Origin: Nitrosopumilus sp.
Lineage (GTDB): Archaea > Thermoproteota > Nitrososphaeria > Nitrososphaerales > Nitrosopumilaceae
Direction of reading: 5' to 3'
Length of the DNA: 64,000 nt
Assembly: GCA_963667665.2 (NCBI GenBank)
Contig: OY763927.2
Span: forward strand, 192,001-256,000
The notes beneath the pieces are model-generated. The model had not been told where the DNA came from. It worked only from the letters and a program-made list of their open reading frames with translations, and searched no databases. Positions 29,821-39,823 of this stretch are shown in pieces; within the stretch, counting starts at the first letter, position 1, and the number at the start of each line of letters is the position of its first letter. A program made the translations under genes and the position numbers.

Positions 29821-31164
29821 ATGGGCATCACCAGATTTCAAAGACAACTATCTGATAATGATATTATTGATGGTGATATTGGAGGTCCAGCACAGAAAAT
29901 AGGTCATGAATTAGTAGATCAAACCTACTTTATCACAATCGCTGATCAAGACCATGAAATGTTCTATTATAACAAAAAAGCAAGGATTTGGCGTGAAAAT
30001 GGTGTTGATTTCATTTGGAAATTCATTGCTACTAAATATCCTGCACTATCCAAAGCAATGCTCAATGAGGTAATTCACTATATTCAAGGTCAAACTCTTC
30101 TACCTAGATGGAAGTTCCAGCCTCCAGATGGATGGATTGCATTTGAGAATCAATGTATAGATACCATTCATAATTATGCAGATGAATTTGATACCCCTGA
30201 TTTGTACATCCGAAACAAGTTCCCAGTTAGAGTGGATAAAAGAGCAACATGTCCAAAATTTAGCAGATTCTTGAATCAGATATTGCCTGATTATGAGGAT
30301 CGTTGTACTCTATTGGAAATAATGAGTACGGTGTTAATACCTCATATCAATTTTGAAAAGGCTGGGATGTTTATTGGTACATCATCTACAAATGGTAAAT
30401 CTACAATTCTTAAATTAATGCGTAAATTATTTGGAGAGAGAAATATTGTTTCAATTCCATTACAGAGTTTAATTGAAAATAGATTCATGGGTCAAAAGTT
30501 AGATGGAAAATTACTAAACATCTATGCTGATATTAATGATAAGAAAATTACTGATTTGGATAAATTCAAGTTGTTTGTGTCTGGTGATTCTATTACTGTC
30601 GAAAGAAAAAATGGACATCCCTATGAAATCATTCCAAAGACAAAACATTTTTTCAGTACAAACACATTACCTGAAATTCAAGAGGACAATAATGCAGTTT
30701 ATAGAAGATTCATCATAATTGAGTTTCCAATTTCTTTTGAGGGAAAAGAAGACTTTGATTTATTTGGCAAATTAACTACAAAAGAAGAATTAGAAGGTAT
30801 CATGTGGTTGTTACTTAGAACTGCAAAACGTTTGGCAAGAAATAGACAATTCACTTTCAAACAAACACCTAATGAAATTCGTATGAGGTGGAAACGACAA
30901 AGCAATGCCGTATTTGATATGATTGAAAAGTCAAGAGATTTCATTATTAAGAAAAGTGATGGAAGGATGTCTCGTGCAGAATTTTATACAAAGTATGTTA
31001 AATTTTGTAAATCAAAAAATTATACCATACAAACACCTGGTACAGTAACAAGGCAAGTAGAAAAACTAGGTTATGAATCTCAAAAAAGTAATGGTACTTG
31101 GTATTGGTTAGGACTTGCAATGCATAATGAATTTACTGAAAATGAACAAGAAATACTGTCTTGA
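29821..31164 (+). CDS. SF3 (D5/P4-like) replicative helicase of the element
   Basis: CPKFSRFL, Walker A GTSSTNGKST, FSTNTLP, AVYRRFIIIEF, C-terminal wHTH-like region; start 29776 or 29821. Confidence 0.88.
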   Translation: MGITRFQRQLSDNDIIDGDIGGPAQKIGHELVDQTYFITIADQDHEMFYYNKKARIWRENGVDFIWKFIATKYPALSKAMLNEVIHYIQGQTLLPRWKFQPPDGWIAFENQCIDTIHNYADEFDTPDLYIRNKFPVRVDKRATCPKFSRFLNQILPDYEDRCTLLEIMSTVLIPHINFEKAGMFIGTSSTNGKSTILKLMRKLFGERNIVSIPLQSLIENRFMGQKLDGKLLNIYADINDKKITDLDKFKLFVSGDSITVERKNGHPYEIIPKTKHFFSTNTLPEIQEDNNAVYRRFIIIEFPISFEGKEDFDLFGKLTTKEELEGIMWLLLRTAKRLARNRQFTFKQTPNEIRMRWKRQSNAVFDMIEKSRDFIIKKSDGRMSRAEFYTKYVKFCKSKNYTIQTPGTVTRQVEKLGYESQKSNGTWYWLGLAMHNEFTENEQEILS

Positions 31165-31236
31165 ACTACAAAATTATGCCTGAAAATGATGTGATATTGC
31201 ATAATCTAATCGTAAATTTCAAAAATGGAGTAAATT

Positions 31237-32163
31237 ATGACTAATGATGAAAAACTAGACTTGATTTTACAAGATCTAGAATTAATCAAGAATCATCTCA
31301 AGATTGTACCTGATAGAGAAATTACAATTACTGAAAGAAAATCAAGTGTTGAATTATATGAGAAGTTTGCAAAAGACGAGCTAAAATTAAATGAAAAGAC
31401 AATAACAAATCATCTATCTGTAATATCTAGATTCTTGGTTCATTCAAAGGGAACAATCAACAAAACGACTGTGAAAAAGTTTCTTGACTCTAATGACTCT
31501 AATTCTTGGAAGTCAAACCAGTTAAAGGCACTAAGAAAATACATACGTGACTTTCTCAAGCTTGGCAACTGGATTAACGAGTTTAACTTTACTAAAGCCA
31601 AAGCTAAGGTAAAAAATGAACTTCCAAATGATGAGCAGCTAGCAGAATTCTGCTCTATACTACCACATGAAATTCAAATAGCTTTTCTCATAATGTATAG
31701 TTCAGGATTACGAATAGGTGAAGTTCTATCACTGAAACTATCAAACTATGACCCAGACTCAAAAATGATTGATGCATCTGACATTCACAAAGGAAAAACA
31801 AAGGACTCTTGGATTAGCTTTGTAACTGAACAGACTGCAGAATATCTTGAAGATTATTGTAAATCATTAGATGTTGAAAATGGTGATGAATCCCTTTTTA
31901 CTGTCAGTACAAGATCTGTACAAAATGCATTTCAGTCCGTATCTACTCAATGTGAAATAACAATTAACCCACATTTGTTACGTACCATATTTGCAGAAAA
32001 ATGCAGAGAAGCTAAAATAGACAAGGAATACATCAATGCCTTTTGTGGTCGCATATCACAAGGTATGCTTGAGCGAAGCTACACAAGCTATTCACCTACT
32101 GCATTACGCAAACAATACGACAAAGTAGAATCACTTCTTACATTACCTTTCACTGAAAGCTAA
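31237..32163 (+). CDS. second tyrosine recombinase (XerC/D-like)
   Basis: SSGLRIGE, KGK, PHLLRT, GR and Y (ERSY). Confidence 0.9.
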   Translation: MTNDEKLDLILQDLELIKNHLKIVPDREITITERKSSVELYEKFAKDELKLNEKTITNHLSVISRFLVHSKGTINKTTVKKFLDSNDSNSWKSNQLKALRKYIRDFLKLGNWINEFNFTKAKAKVKNELPNDEQLAEFCSILPHEIQIAFLIMYSSGLRIGEVLSLKLSNYDPDSKMIDASDIHKGKTKDSWISFVTEQTAEYLEDYCKSLDVENGDESLFTVSTRSVQNAFQSVSTQCEITINPHLLRTIFAEKCREAKIDKEYINAFCGRISQGMLERSYTSYSPTALRKQYDKVESLLTLPFTES

Positions 32164-32522
32164 TCACTTTAGTAACCAATCAAATGTGAATGTCCTTAGA
32201 TATGTTACTTTAAGAAAAGCTATCAAAAGCTCTTTTTTTCACGCCTGAAAAGCTAAGTGAAAGTAGCTAATGTCATGCCTATTAGCTACTAAGAAGCTAG
32301 TTTCTGAAAACTGACATGCACAAACTATACAGTTTAGCTACTTTTTTGAGATTAGCTAAGCTTTTAGCTAAATCTGTTTCTTAGCTGATTTTCATGCCTG
32401 AATGTATTGTTTGTTATTGCGTAATCTATAGTAGGACTACGAATTAATGGTGTGTTGTTACTGTGAGTGTATTTTGAGAAATTTCAACGACCTTTTTGTA
32501 GGATACTTGACATTAAATTAAT

Positions 32523-33686
32523 TCATTTAGTTTTCATCTCAAATATTTCATTGATATCATATACAATGTTATGTAAAATTGTAGATGATGGACTTAGTAT
32601 GATTTGTTGTTCAGTATGAGCCATACTGTTTCTAAGATAATTACCTGCATGATACATTTGAAATTTCCATTTTGGGATACCATTTTCTATAAGCCAATTC
32701 ATGATATTTTTCATAGTAAGAGGAAATTTTTTATCATTGACTGTTATGTGTTTTAGTTTCCAACCCTTTTGTCTCATCAATTGACGAACAGAATTTGAGA
32801 TATCATGATATGATGGATCTGTGTATTCTTGTAGGATTTCTGAATTATGTTTTATTATGGCTTTATTTCCCAATGATTGAATATATCTTAATTTCATTGC
32901 AGATTCATGAGAAAATAATGCTGAGCGAACAGATAAAGTATAAAATTCATATTTAAAATAACAAAACACAAACAAATCTTTTGCTCTTTGAAATTCTTCT
33001 TGTATGGATTTAGGAACATGTGGACTGAATTGCATATCTGATACTATTTCTTGTAATTTTTCTAGTGATAATGAGGTTCTAACATCTGGTACAAGTAGAT
33101 CTATATCTGATAATACTGTATCTGATTTTAATTTGTAACGTAAATTAAAATCTACTTTAACCTCTGTGTCATATTGAGCCATAAAATACTCATTGAAATC
33201 AGTAATAAACAAATGTCTAAAATCATCATAAAATCGTTTAGGATTGTTCTTAATGTTATAACGTGTAAATCTTATTCTAGATGTTCTACTTGGAAAGAAA
33301 CCAGTATATTCAAAATTTATTGTAATATCATCTGCAATTTGATTTGAATCATTTTTATCTATTTTGAAATACTGTACTAGTACGTTTGTTAATTCGTCTT
33401 TATTTGATGAAATTTTTCCAAAATATGTTGTTTGTTTCATTCCCATTTTTTCCAGATCGTAATGAATTAGTTGGATAATATCATCTTCTAGATGAGGATA
33501 TTTTTTATTATCTACACTGATGTCTATTATTCCAACTGGAAACGGTAGTTTGCTTAATCCCGTAAGTATTGTTTGTTCTTTTGGAGTTATTTCATCAGGC
33601 TTTTTACTATAATAGTTTGTAAGATCTTTTTTTGCAAATTCAAAAGAATTTGTAAATAATATATCCCATTCCACTAATTTAACCAA
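32523..33686 (-). CDS. hypothetical protein with C-terminal HEPN-like domain
   Basis: SALFSHESAMKLRY (E..K type motif) and LRNSMAH (Rx4H). Confidence 0.6.
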   Translation of the reverse strand: MVKLVEWDILFTNSFEFAKKDLTNYYSKKPDEITPKEQTILTGLSKLPFPVGIIDISVDNKKYPHLEDDIIQLIHYDLEKMGMKQTTYFGKISSNKDELTNVLVQYFKIDKNDSNQIADDITINFEYTGFFPSRTSRIRFTRYNIKNNPKRFYDDFRHLFITDFNEYFMAQYDTEVKVDFNLRYKLKSDTVLSDIDLLVPDVRTSLSLEKLQEIVSDMQFSPHVPKSIQEEFQRAKDLFVFCYFKYEFYTLSVRSALFSHESAMKLRYIQSLGNKAIIKHNSEILQEYTDPSYHDISNSVRQLMRQKGWKLKHITVNDKKFPLTMKNIMNWLIENGIPKWKFQMYHAGNYLRNSMAHTEQQIILSPSSTILHNIVYDINEIFEMKTK

Positions 33687-33766
33687 GAATTAATTGCCTA
33701 TTAATTATGAATGTATTTTAGTAGATTAACACATAATTTTTATTTAAATTTAATAATATATCGGAC

Positions 33767-34150
33767 TTAGATCTTAATGTTATTTTGAATCATATCTAAT
33801 ACAAATTCTGGTTGAATCTCACCATAACTATTTTTTAACTCATTAATAGTATGCCAACCACCAATTTTAGCTACAAAGCCATAATTGTAATCTGTTTTTT
33901 CAAGCCAATAGTGAGCTCCTATATGTCTCAAAGCATGGAATGAATTGTTGTAATAGTATTCTTCTGATTTTTCCAAATGTTTGAATATTTGTCTTAATTG
34001 GTTTCTAAGTTTATCTTCTGCATGCTTGACATTTCCTAAATTAGTCCATATCTTGTCTTGTTTTCTATTTTTATGAGATTTTAAACTTTGTTGTGTATTG
34101 TTTCTTGTAATGTATTTTATCCATTTACCATCTTTAATGTAAGACGTTTT
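33767..34150 (-). pseudogene. tyrosine recombinase C-terminal fragment
   Basis: FHALRHIGAHYWL...IGGW...Y motifs; N-terminal part missing. Confidence 0.75.
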
Positions 34151-34345
34151 AGAATGTCTAATTTTTTATCATGTGTAACTAGAGCCATATTACAACATCT
34201 TAAAATTTTTGATAAAAGTTAGAATGTTTTTCTTAATTCATTAGATTCGTAATCATTATAGAGATTACACAATATCAGTACCTTACAATCCTTAGGATTG
34301 GTAATTATCAATAATGCAAAATACTTAAGTATTTAGAATCAAGGT

Positions 34346-36562
34346 TTGAGATTAATGCAATTATTTGGATTAATTTTAGCCTCAATTACATTATTTTCAA
34401 TAATTGGACTGTCTGAATCATTTGCAGAATTTATTCCCAATCCAAGGCAACAATTAGAATCCGGTATTAACCCTGAAGATATTCAATGTAAAGAGAATCG
34501 TGTACTTGTCATTCGCAGTAATGGTAACCCAGCTTGTGTTACTCAAAAGACAGCAGACAGAACAGGGTGGGAAATTATTAAACCAAGCTTTGATAAAATA
34601 GAAATTCCAACAGATGATGAAAAAATTATTCTACAAAATAAAGTATTAGAAAACAATGAACTCACATTTTCCTCAAATCCAATTGGTTTTGAAATTATGA
34701 CAATTCCTAATGATGAACCCCTCAACATATCAGTTTCACAAATTCAAGAATTTAAAGATGAGTATGTTGAAACTCCTGATTTTGCATCATGTGACAATAA
34801 ACTTTCTACCATAATACTAAATTCCTTTGATTTATCAATTGATTTGCATATTGCTGCTAGTTGGTGGTCTGATTCAGATCATAGAGATACTAATTCAGGC
34901 ATAATCTGTATAATTGAACCCGATAGAAACTTAGACTTAGAATCTAAAGACTCTTTTGATGTAACTGTATGGTCTACATCCGACTCAAATAGAATTAACA
35001 TCACTGTGACAGAAATTAGCGAATCTAGTGGATTATTTGGAGGATTTGTTCCATTTACAAATCAAAAACAATCATTAGAAAACAAACTGAAAGTCGAAAA
35101 AAGCGATACAGTATATGTAAATTATGAAGATGATACATTACCTCAACCATACGGAACAAACGGATTTACAGATAAACTGAATATTACTGGAACATCATCA
35201 ATTGGTTGGAATGTACCAAAATATCAAATAAATTATAATATGGACATTATTGATGAACTGAAAAAAAAATATAGTGTATTTTTTCACGGTGAAGAAAAAA
35301 CTGCCATAGACTATGCACTGTCGCAAAAAATTAAAAATGAAAAACACCTAATTGTGTGTGGTGATGAAGTTAACTCCGACCAACCTTATGATCCATTAGA
35401 TTATCCTTTTGATCTTTTTTCAAGACAATATACTGTGAGAGAGCATCGTCCTGCCCCTCCTCAATTGAACCAGGAATTATACATGGGAGAAAATAAAAAT
35501 TCTCGAGTCATCACAGATATCAAAACAAATTACAATGATCAAAATTTGTATAGTTTAGATCCGAATAGTCTTATTCCAACGTGTCTTCCTATCGGACAAA
35601 CAATAAAATTTATTGTTCATACATCAACAAAACCTAATCTTGATTCTCAACGAGTTGAAGTTATGGATATGATAATTGGACCAAATACTCTGAAAATCTC
35701 CGAAGACAATATTGTTAATGATTTGTATAACGAACATGGAATTAAAATAAAAATTGATACACTTCCATTTTATTTGGATAATGATTATTCACGTTCCAAA
35801 CATTTTATGTCTAATTATGGACCTGTAGCTTATTCTGTTATGACTACCAAAACTCTCACATATTGTGGTTTTGATGAGAAAAATAATCAAGTATGCACAA
35901 CAGGGTTTGGCACATTTAATCTAGGTTCATCTATTACATTTATTGCAGATGGAAAACATATTTCGTTATCCACATATAGATACAATTTAGAAACTTTAAT
36001 TGATATTGCCTCATCCATGAAGAATCTTAATTTCATTCAAACATCAGATTATCTAGATTCTGTAAAATCTAAACCTGAATTGAGAACGTATGGGGGTCTT
36101 TATGGTCATACATTATCTGTAACTCAAAAATGGTCATCCAGTTCAGATACTGAAAATATTGATCAATTAGTAAAACTTCCAAAATATGTTCCAGATGATC
36201 TTGAGCTTGTTGTTGTATATGATCATTCAAAAGATACATGGCAAGATGAACATAATCAAATTCAAACATGGTATGTTACAAAAAATTTCAACGCTTCAAG
36301 TCTTGTTAATGTAATTGAAAATGGAGTAAATATAGTAATTACAGATTCTGTAGAGTATGATGAAGAATTAGTTTCACAATTTGCAAAGGACAAAGATATG
36401 ACTTTAAGTGAGTTTAATGGTCACATGTCATTAATTTATGAAATTGATAATGGTGCCTATTTGTTATTTTATGATGAACAAAGCCAAATTGAATTATATT
36501 CAAAGAAATACAATTTGGATGAACTCATTAAAATTGGAGAATCATTAATTGGATCAAACTAG
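34346..36562 (+). CDS. large secreted/surface protein, thaumarchaeal type
   Basis: signal peptide; PRQQLESGINPEDIQC...PACV domain; surface-protein-like segment IIEPDRNLD...VTVWSTSD...SGLFGG. Confidence 0.75.
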   Translation: MRLMQLFGLILASITLFSIIGLSESFAEFIPNPRQQLESGINPEDIQCKENRVLVIRSNGNPACVTQKTADRTGWEIIKPSFDKIEIPTDDEKIILQNKVLENNELTFSSNPIGFEIMTIPNDEPLNISVSQIQEFKDEYVETPDFASCDNKLSTIILNSFDLSIDLHIAASWWSDSDHRDTNSGIICIIEPDRNLDLESKDSFDVTVWSTSDSNRINITVTEISESSGLFGGFVPFTNQKQSLENKLKVEKSDTVYVNYEDDTLPQPYGTNGFTDKLNITGTSSIGWNVPKYQINYNMDIIDELKKKYSVFFHGEEKTAIDYALSQKIKNEKHLIVCGDEVNSDQPYDPLDYPFDLFSRQYTVREHRPAPPQLNQELYMGENKNSRVITDIKTNYNDQNLYSLDPNSLIPTCLPIGQTIKFIVHTSTKPNLDSQRVEVMDMIIGPNTLKISEDNIVNDLYNEHGIKIKIDTLPFYLDNDYSRSKHFMSNYGPVAYSVMTTKTLTYCGFDEKNNQVCTTGFGTFNLGSSITFIADGKHISLSTYRYNLETLIDIASSMKNLNFIQTSDYLDSVKSKPELRTYGGLYGHTLSVTQKWSSSSDTENIDQLVKLPKYVPDDLELVVVYDHSKDTWQDEHNQIQTWYVTKNFNASSLVNVIENGVNIVITDSVEYDEELVSQFAKDKDMTLSEFNGHMSLIYEIDNGAYLLFYDEQSQIELYSKKYNLDELIKIGESLIGSN

Positions 36563-36610
36563 ATGCGTAATCCTATACAAGATTACGAAAATAACCACTT
36601 GTAGAATATT

Positions 36611-37552
36611 TTAAAAAAATTCGCTTATTTCATGGGTCTTGTTAGTTACTACTTTGATGCCTCCTCCAATCATTTCTGTTTTAACTTTGGTAATTTTCCT
36701 AGCTGAATCTATAATGTTTCCTGCACCTTTACTATTTGTGGCAATAATGATATGATATCCAATTTGGTTTCCTGATTGAAAAACTGGAATGTCGTAAACA
36801 AATTTTTTAAATTTACTAATTTTATTCTTGTAAATTGTCATTAATTCTTCCCCTTTTGTAGTTGATTCCCATGATGAATCACCATAAAATTCTGATAATG
36901 ATTTTCCATAACTATTGTCTAAAGTGCAATTTGATCTATGTCTAGCAACTACATGTGTCATAAATGTAAAAATAACATCTGCAGTATCAATTGTTAGAAC
37001 ACGTTGCATTAAGTCCCATTTGATTTCTTTAAATCCAATAGGATCTATTACGACTAAAAATGCTTTTTTGAATCCATTAAGATCTTCTATAATTTTTACT
37101 GATTCAGAAAATTCTTTTTTTTCAACTGTTATTATTTTTGGACTTATCAAAGTAGACAGTTTTCCGATCCTCTCTTTTAACGTTCTAATTGATTCCATAT
37201 CTTCATCAAATAAGAAATACTTGGAAAATGATTTGTCATTACTTTTTAGGAGACTTACTAATGAACTTCCTGGAAATCTTTCTTCTATGAGCTCAGGTTC
37301 GCTGAATTTGATTAAACCTGAACCACAATGAGTATCTACATAGTAAAATTTATCAAAATATTTCCGAAAAATTGGAACAAATCCTCCTATGCAATAACTA
37401 ATTATCAAAAATTTCTTTATTGACCAGACATCTCCTGGAGATAATTTTAATCCGTCTTTTTTTATAATATCTATTTTTGAAATTAAATTTTCTACTCTAA
37501 TTTTTGCCCATTCGTAAGGATCAAATGACATGCTATTCTCTTTTGAATTCAT
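36611..37552 (-). CDS. tcmP: three-Cys-motif partner protein (TcmP, methyltransferase-like fold)
   Basis: WSIKK, YYVDTHCGSG, GSSL, IDPIG; divergent from DUF5131. Confidence 0.82.
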   Translation of the reverse strand: MNSKENSMSFDPYEWAKIRVENLISKIDIIKKDGLKLSPGDVWSIKKFLIISYCIGGFVPIFRKYFDKFYYVDTHCGSGLIKFSEPELIEERFPGSSLVSLLKSNDKSFSKYFLFDEDMESIRTLKERIGKLSTLISPKIITVEKKEFSESVKIIEDLNGFKKAFLVVIDPIGFKEIKWDLMQRVLTIDTADVIFTFMTHVVARHRSNCTLDNSYGKSLSEFYGDSSWESTTKGEELMTIYKNKISKFKKFVYDIPVFQSGNQIGYHIIIATNSKGAGNIIDSARKITKVKTEMIGGGIKVVTNKTHEISEFF

Positions 37553-37655
37553 AAACTATTATTAGAATATATTCAAAAAGTTCACCAATGTTTGATTATT
37601 AGTCAACACATCTCTATCTAGCAATGTTTATGATATGGCATGATGGTCAAAATGT

Positions 37656-38495
37656 ATGTCTAATTCTTCGACAATAGAATGGACTGAATCTACGTGGAAC
37701 CCTAGTACTGGATGTAGTAAAGTTTCTCTTGGTTGTAAAAATTGTTATGCTGAAAAAATGTCTAAACGACTTAATTTAATGGGAGTAAAAAAATATAGAA
37801 ATATTTTTAAATTTACTGAACATCCTCAGGATTTAGAACTTCCATTAACATGGAAAAAACCAAAAAAAGTATTTGTTAATAGTATGTCAGATTTATTTCA
37901 TGAAGATTCGCGAATGGAATTTGTTGGAAGTTGTTTCAATACAATGATAAAAGGTGATCATCATGTTTATCAGGTTTTAACTAAACGTCCTGAAACCATG
38001 TCTGATTTTTCACAATTATTTGAAAATTATTTTGGAGATATAATACCTCCACACATTTGGATGGGAACAAGTGTTGAGAATGAGGATTTCAAATGGAGAA
38101 TTGATGCATTAAGACAAGTGAAGTGTTATACAAAATTTCTAAGCATAGAACCTCTTTTAGGTCCAATGGGAAAATTAGATCTAACTGATATTGATTGGGT
38201 AATTGTTGGTGGTGAAAGTGGGTCCAATTTTAGACCTGTTCATAAAGATTGGATTGTAGATGTTGTAAAACAATGTAAAAAACAAAAAGTTGCGGTTTTC
38301 TTTAAGCAATGGGGTGGATTCAGACCTAAATCTGGTGGTAGAAAACTCAATGGAAGAATATATAGCCAATATCCTAAGATCACCAATATTGAGAATATTT
38401 TGAAGGAAGTAGAATATGATGAAAAAGAATTCGCAAAATTCTCAAAAATGAAAATTAAACAAAAAAAATCACCTGTTTTAGAAAAAATAGTTTGA
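37656..38495 (+). CDS. DUF5131 (phage Gp37/Gp68, radical-SAM-like) protein
   Basis: IEWTESTWNPSTGCSKVSLGCKNCYA, FVNSMSDLFHE, LTKRP, SIEPLLG, WVIVGGESG, FFKQWGG. Confidence 0.93.
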   Translation: MSNSSTIEWTESTWNPSTGCSKVSLGCKNCYAEKMSKRLNLMGVKKYRNIFKFTEHPQDLELPLTWKKPKKVFVNSMSDLFHEDSRMEFVGSCFNTMIKGDHHVYQVLTKRPETMSDFSQLFENYFGDIIPPHIWMGTSVENEDFKWRIDALRQVKCYTKFLSIEPLLGPMGKLDLTDIDWVIVGGESGSNFRPVHKDWIVDVVKQCKKQKVAVFFKQWGGFRPKSGGRKLNGRIYSQYPKITNIENILKEVEYDEKEFAKFSKMKIKQKKSPVLEKIV

Positions 38496-38598
38496 AATTT
38501 TATTTCATTATGTGAACTATGCAGAAAGAGGATCATGATGTAAAAGAGATTGATCTATGGTTCACACATACTAAACCTGCAATTTATATCAAATCCAA

Positions 38599-39594
38599 TT
38601 GTCTTCATTTTCATTGCCAAGACAAGTCAGGATGACTAAAAATGGAATCCTGTGTGTGGTTAATGAAAAACGTGTTTACTTGGATCCAAAAAAGACAGAT
38701 GTTACTGGAATTAATTTTGTCTCTCATGCACACTCTGATCATCTCCCATCAAAAAATGGCGGGACTATTTTATCATCACTTGAGACAAACCAAATAGCTA
38801 ATCTTCGTGGATTTAAGATGGAGAATTATGTTGAAACCCTTGAGGGTTTCTCTTTAATTGATAGTGGTCACATTCTTGGTGCAAAAGGATTACTCTTTGA
38901 TGATATCTTCTATACTGGAGATATCTGTACTAGAAAACGTGGATTTCTTCAAGGTGCAAAAATCCCAAAATGTAAAACCTTGATAACTGAATGCACTTTT
39001 GGCTTACCCGAATTTGTTTTTCCTCAAACTGATGAAATCCAAAAACAAGTAAATGAATTAATTTCTGAACTTTATGGAAAAGGTGTACCTGTAATTTTAA
39101 TGGGATATCAATTAGGAAAAGCACAAACTATTACTCAACTTTTTGGTCATTGGGATCCACTTTATTTTCATGATTCTGTCAAAGAGATGAATTTACTCCA
39201 TCAAAAATTAGGAATTCCACTAAAGGATGGAATTGGCCATTCTGAGGCTGAAAAAAATGGTCTATTGAATAAAAAACCTTGGGTGATGGTCGCACCATTA
39301 ATGTCTGCTAAAAACAAATTCATTCAAGATATGAAATTAAAATATGGTGCAGTAACAATAGGATTTAGTGGATGGGCACAATCATCAAGATTCTCTTTTG
39401 GGAGGAGAACTGATTATTCAATTTCAATGAGTGATCATTGTGATTTTAATGAGCTAGTAGATGTGGTAGTACAATCAGGAGCTGAACAAGTTTACACTAT
39501 ACATGGTTTTGTTGATGAATTTGCAAAATATTTAAAAAAAATGGGAATTAATGCACAACCCTTAGTAGAAAATTCTTTAGATGATTTTATTTAG
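38599..39594 (+). CDS. MBL-fold (beta-CASP-like) exonuclease
   Basis: SHAHSDH, SGHILG, YTGD, TECTFG, SDH, TIHG. Confidence 0.88.
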   Translation: MSSFSLPRQVRMTKNGILCVVNEKRVYLDPKKTDVTGINFVSHAHSDHLPSKNGGTILSSLETNQIANLRGFKMENYVETLEGFSLIDSGHILGAKGLLFDDIFYTGDICTRKRGFLQGAKIPKCKTLITECTFGLPEFVFPQTDEIQKQVNELISELYGKGVPVILMGYQLGKAQTITQLFGHWDPLYFHDSVKEMNLLHQKLGIPLKDGIGHSEAEKNGLLNKKPWVMVAPLMSAKNKFIQDMKLKYGAVTIGFSGWAQSSRFSFGRRTDYSISMSDHCDFNELVDVVVQSGAEQVYTIHGFVDEFAKYLKKMGINAQPLVENSLDDFI

Positions 39595-39823
39595 TAAATT
39601 CACTACATTCACAATTTGCAACTAGACATGTTTCTGCGTTTCTAATGTGATCATGGGAGAAATGTTTACATTTTTCATTTTTACATATTCTTCTTTGTGC
39701 TTCTTTTTGTACAACTTTTTGAGCAATTGAATTTGCCTGATCCTTTGTGTATCCTTTTTTATCGATATAGAAATGAACAATTCTATTGTATAGTAAATCT
39801 GGATTGAACTGTTTTTCTAACAT
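39587..39823 (-). CDS. hypothetical Cys/His-rich protein
   Basis: 78 aa; C-terminal C..C.H...H...C...C.C. Confidence 0.7.
   Translation of the reverse strand: MLEKQFNPDLLYNRIVHFYIDKKGYTKDQANSIAQKVVQKEAQRRICKNEKCKHFSHDHIRNAETCLVANCECSEFTK

Larger units (their letters stand above)
25871..38584. mobile_element. integrated mobile element (provirus/plasmid-like), about 12.7 kb
   Basis: 12-bp direct repeat AAACCTGCAATT at 25871-25882 and 38573-38584 flanking integrases, helicase and cargo, between housekeeping genes. Confidence 0.8.
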
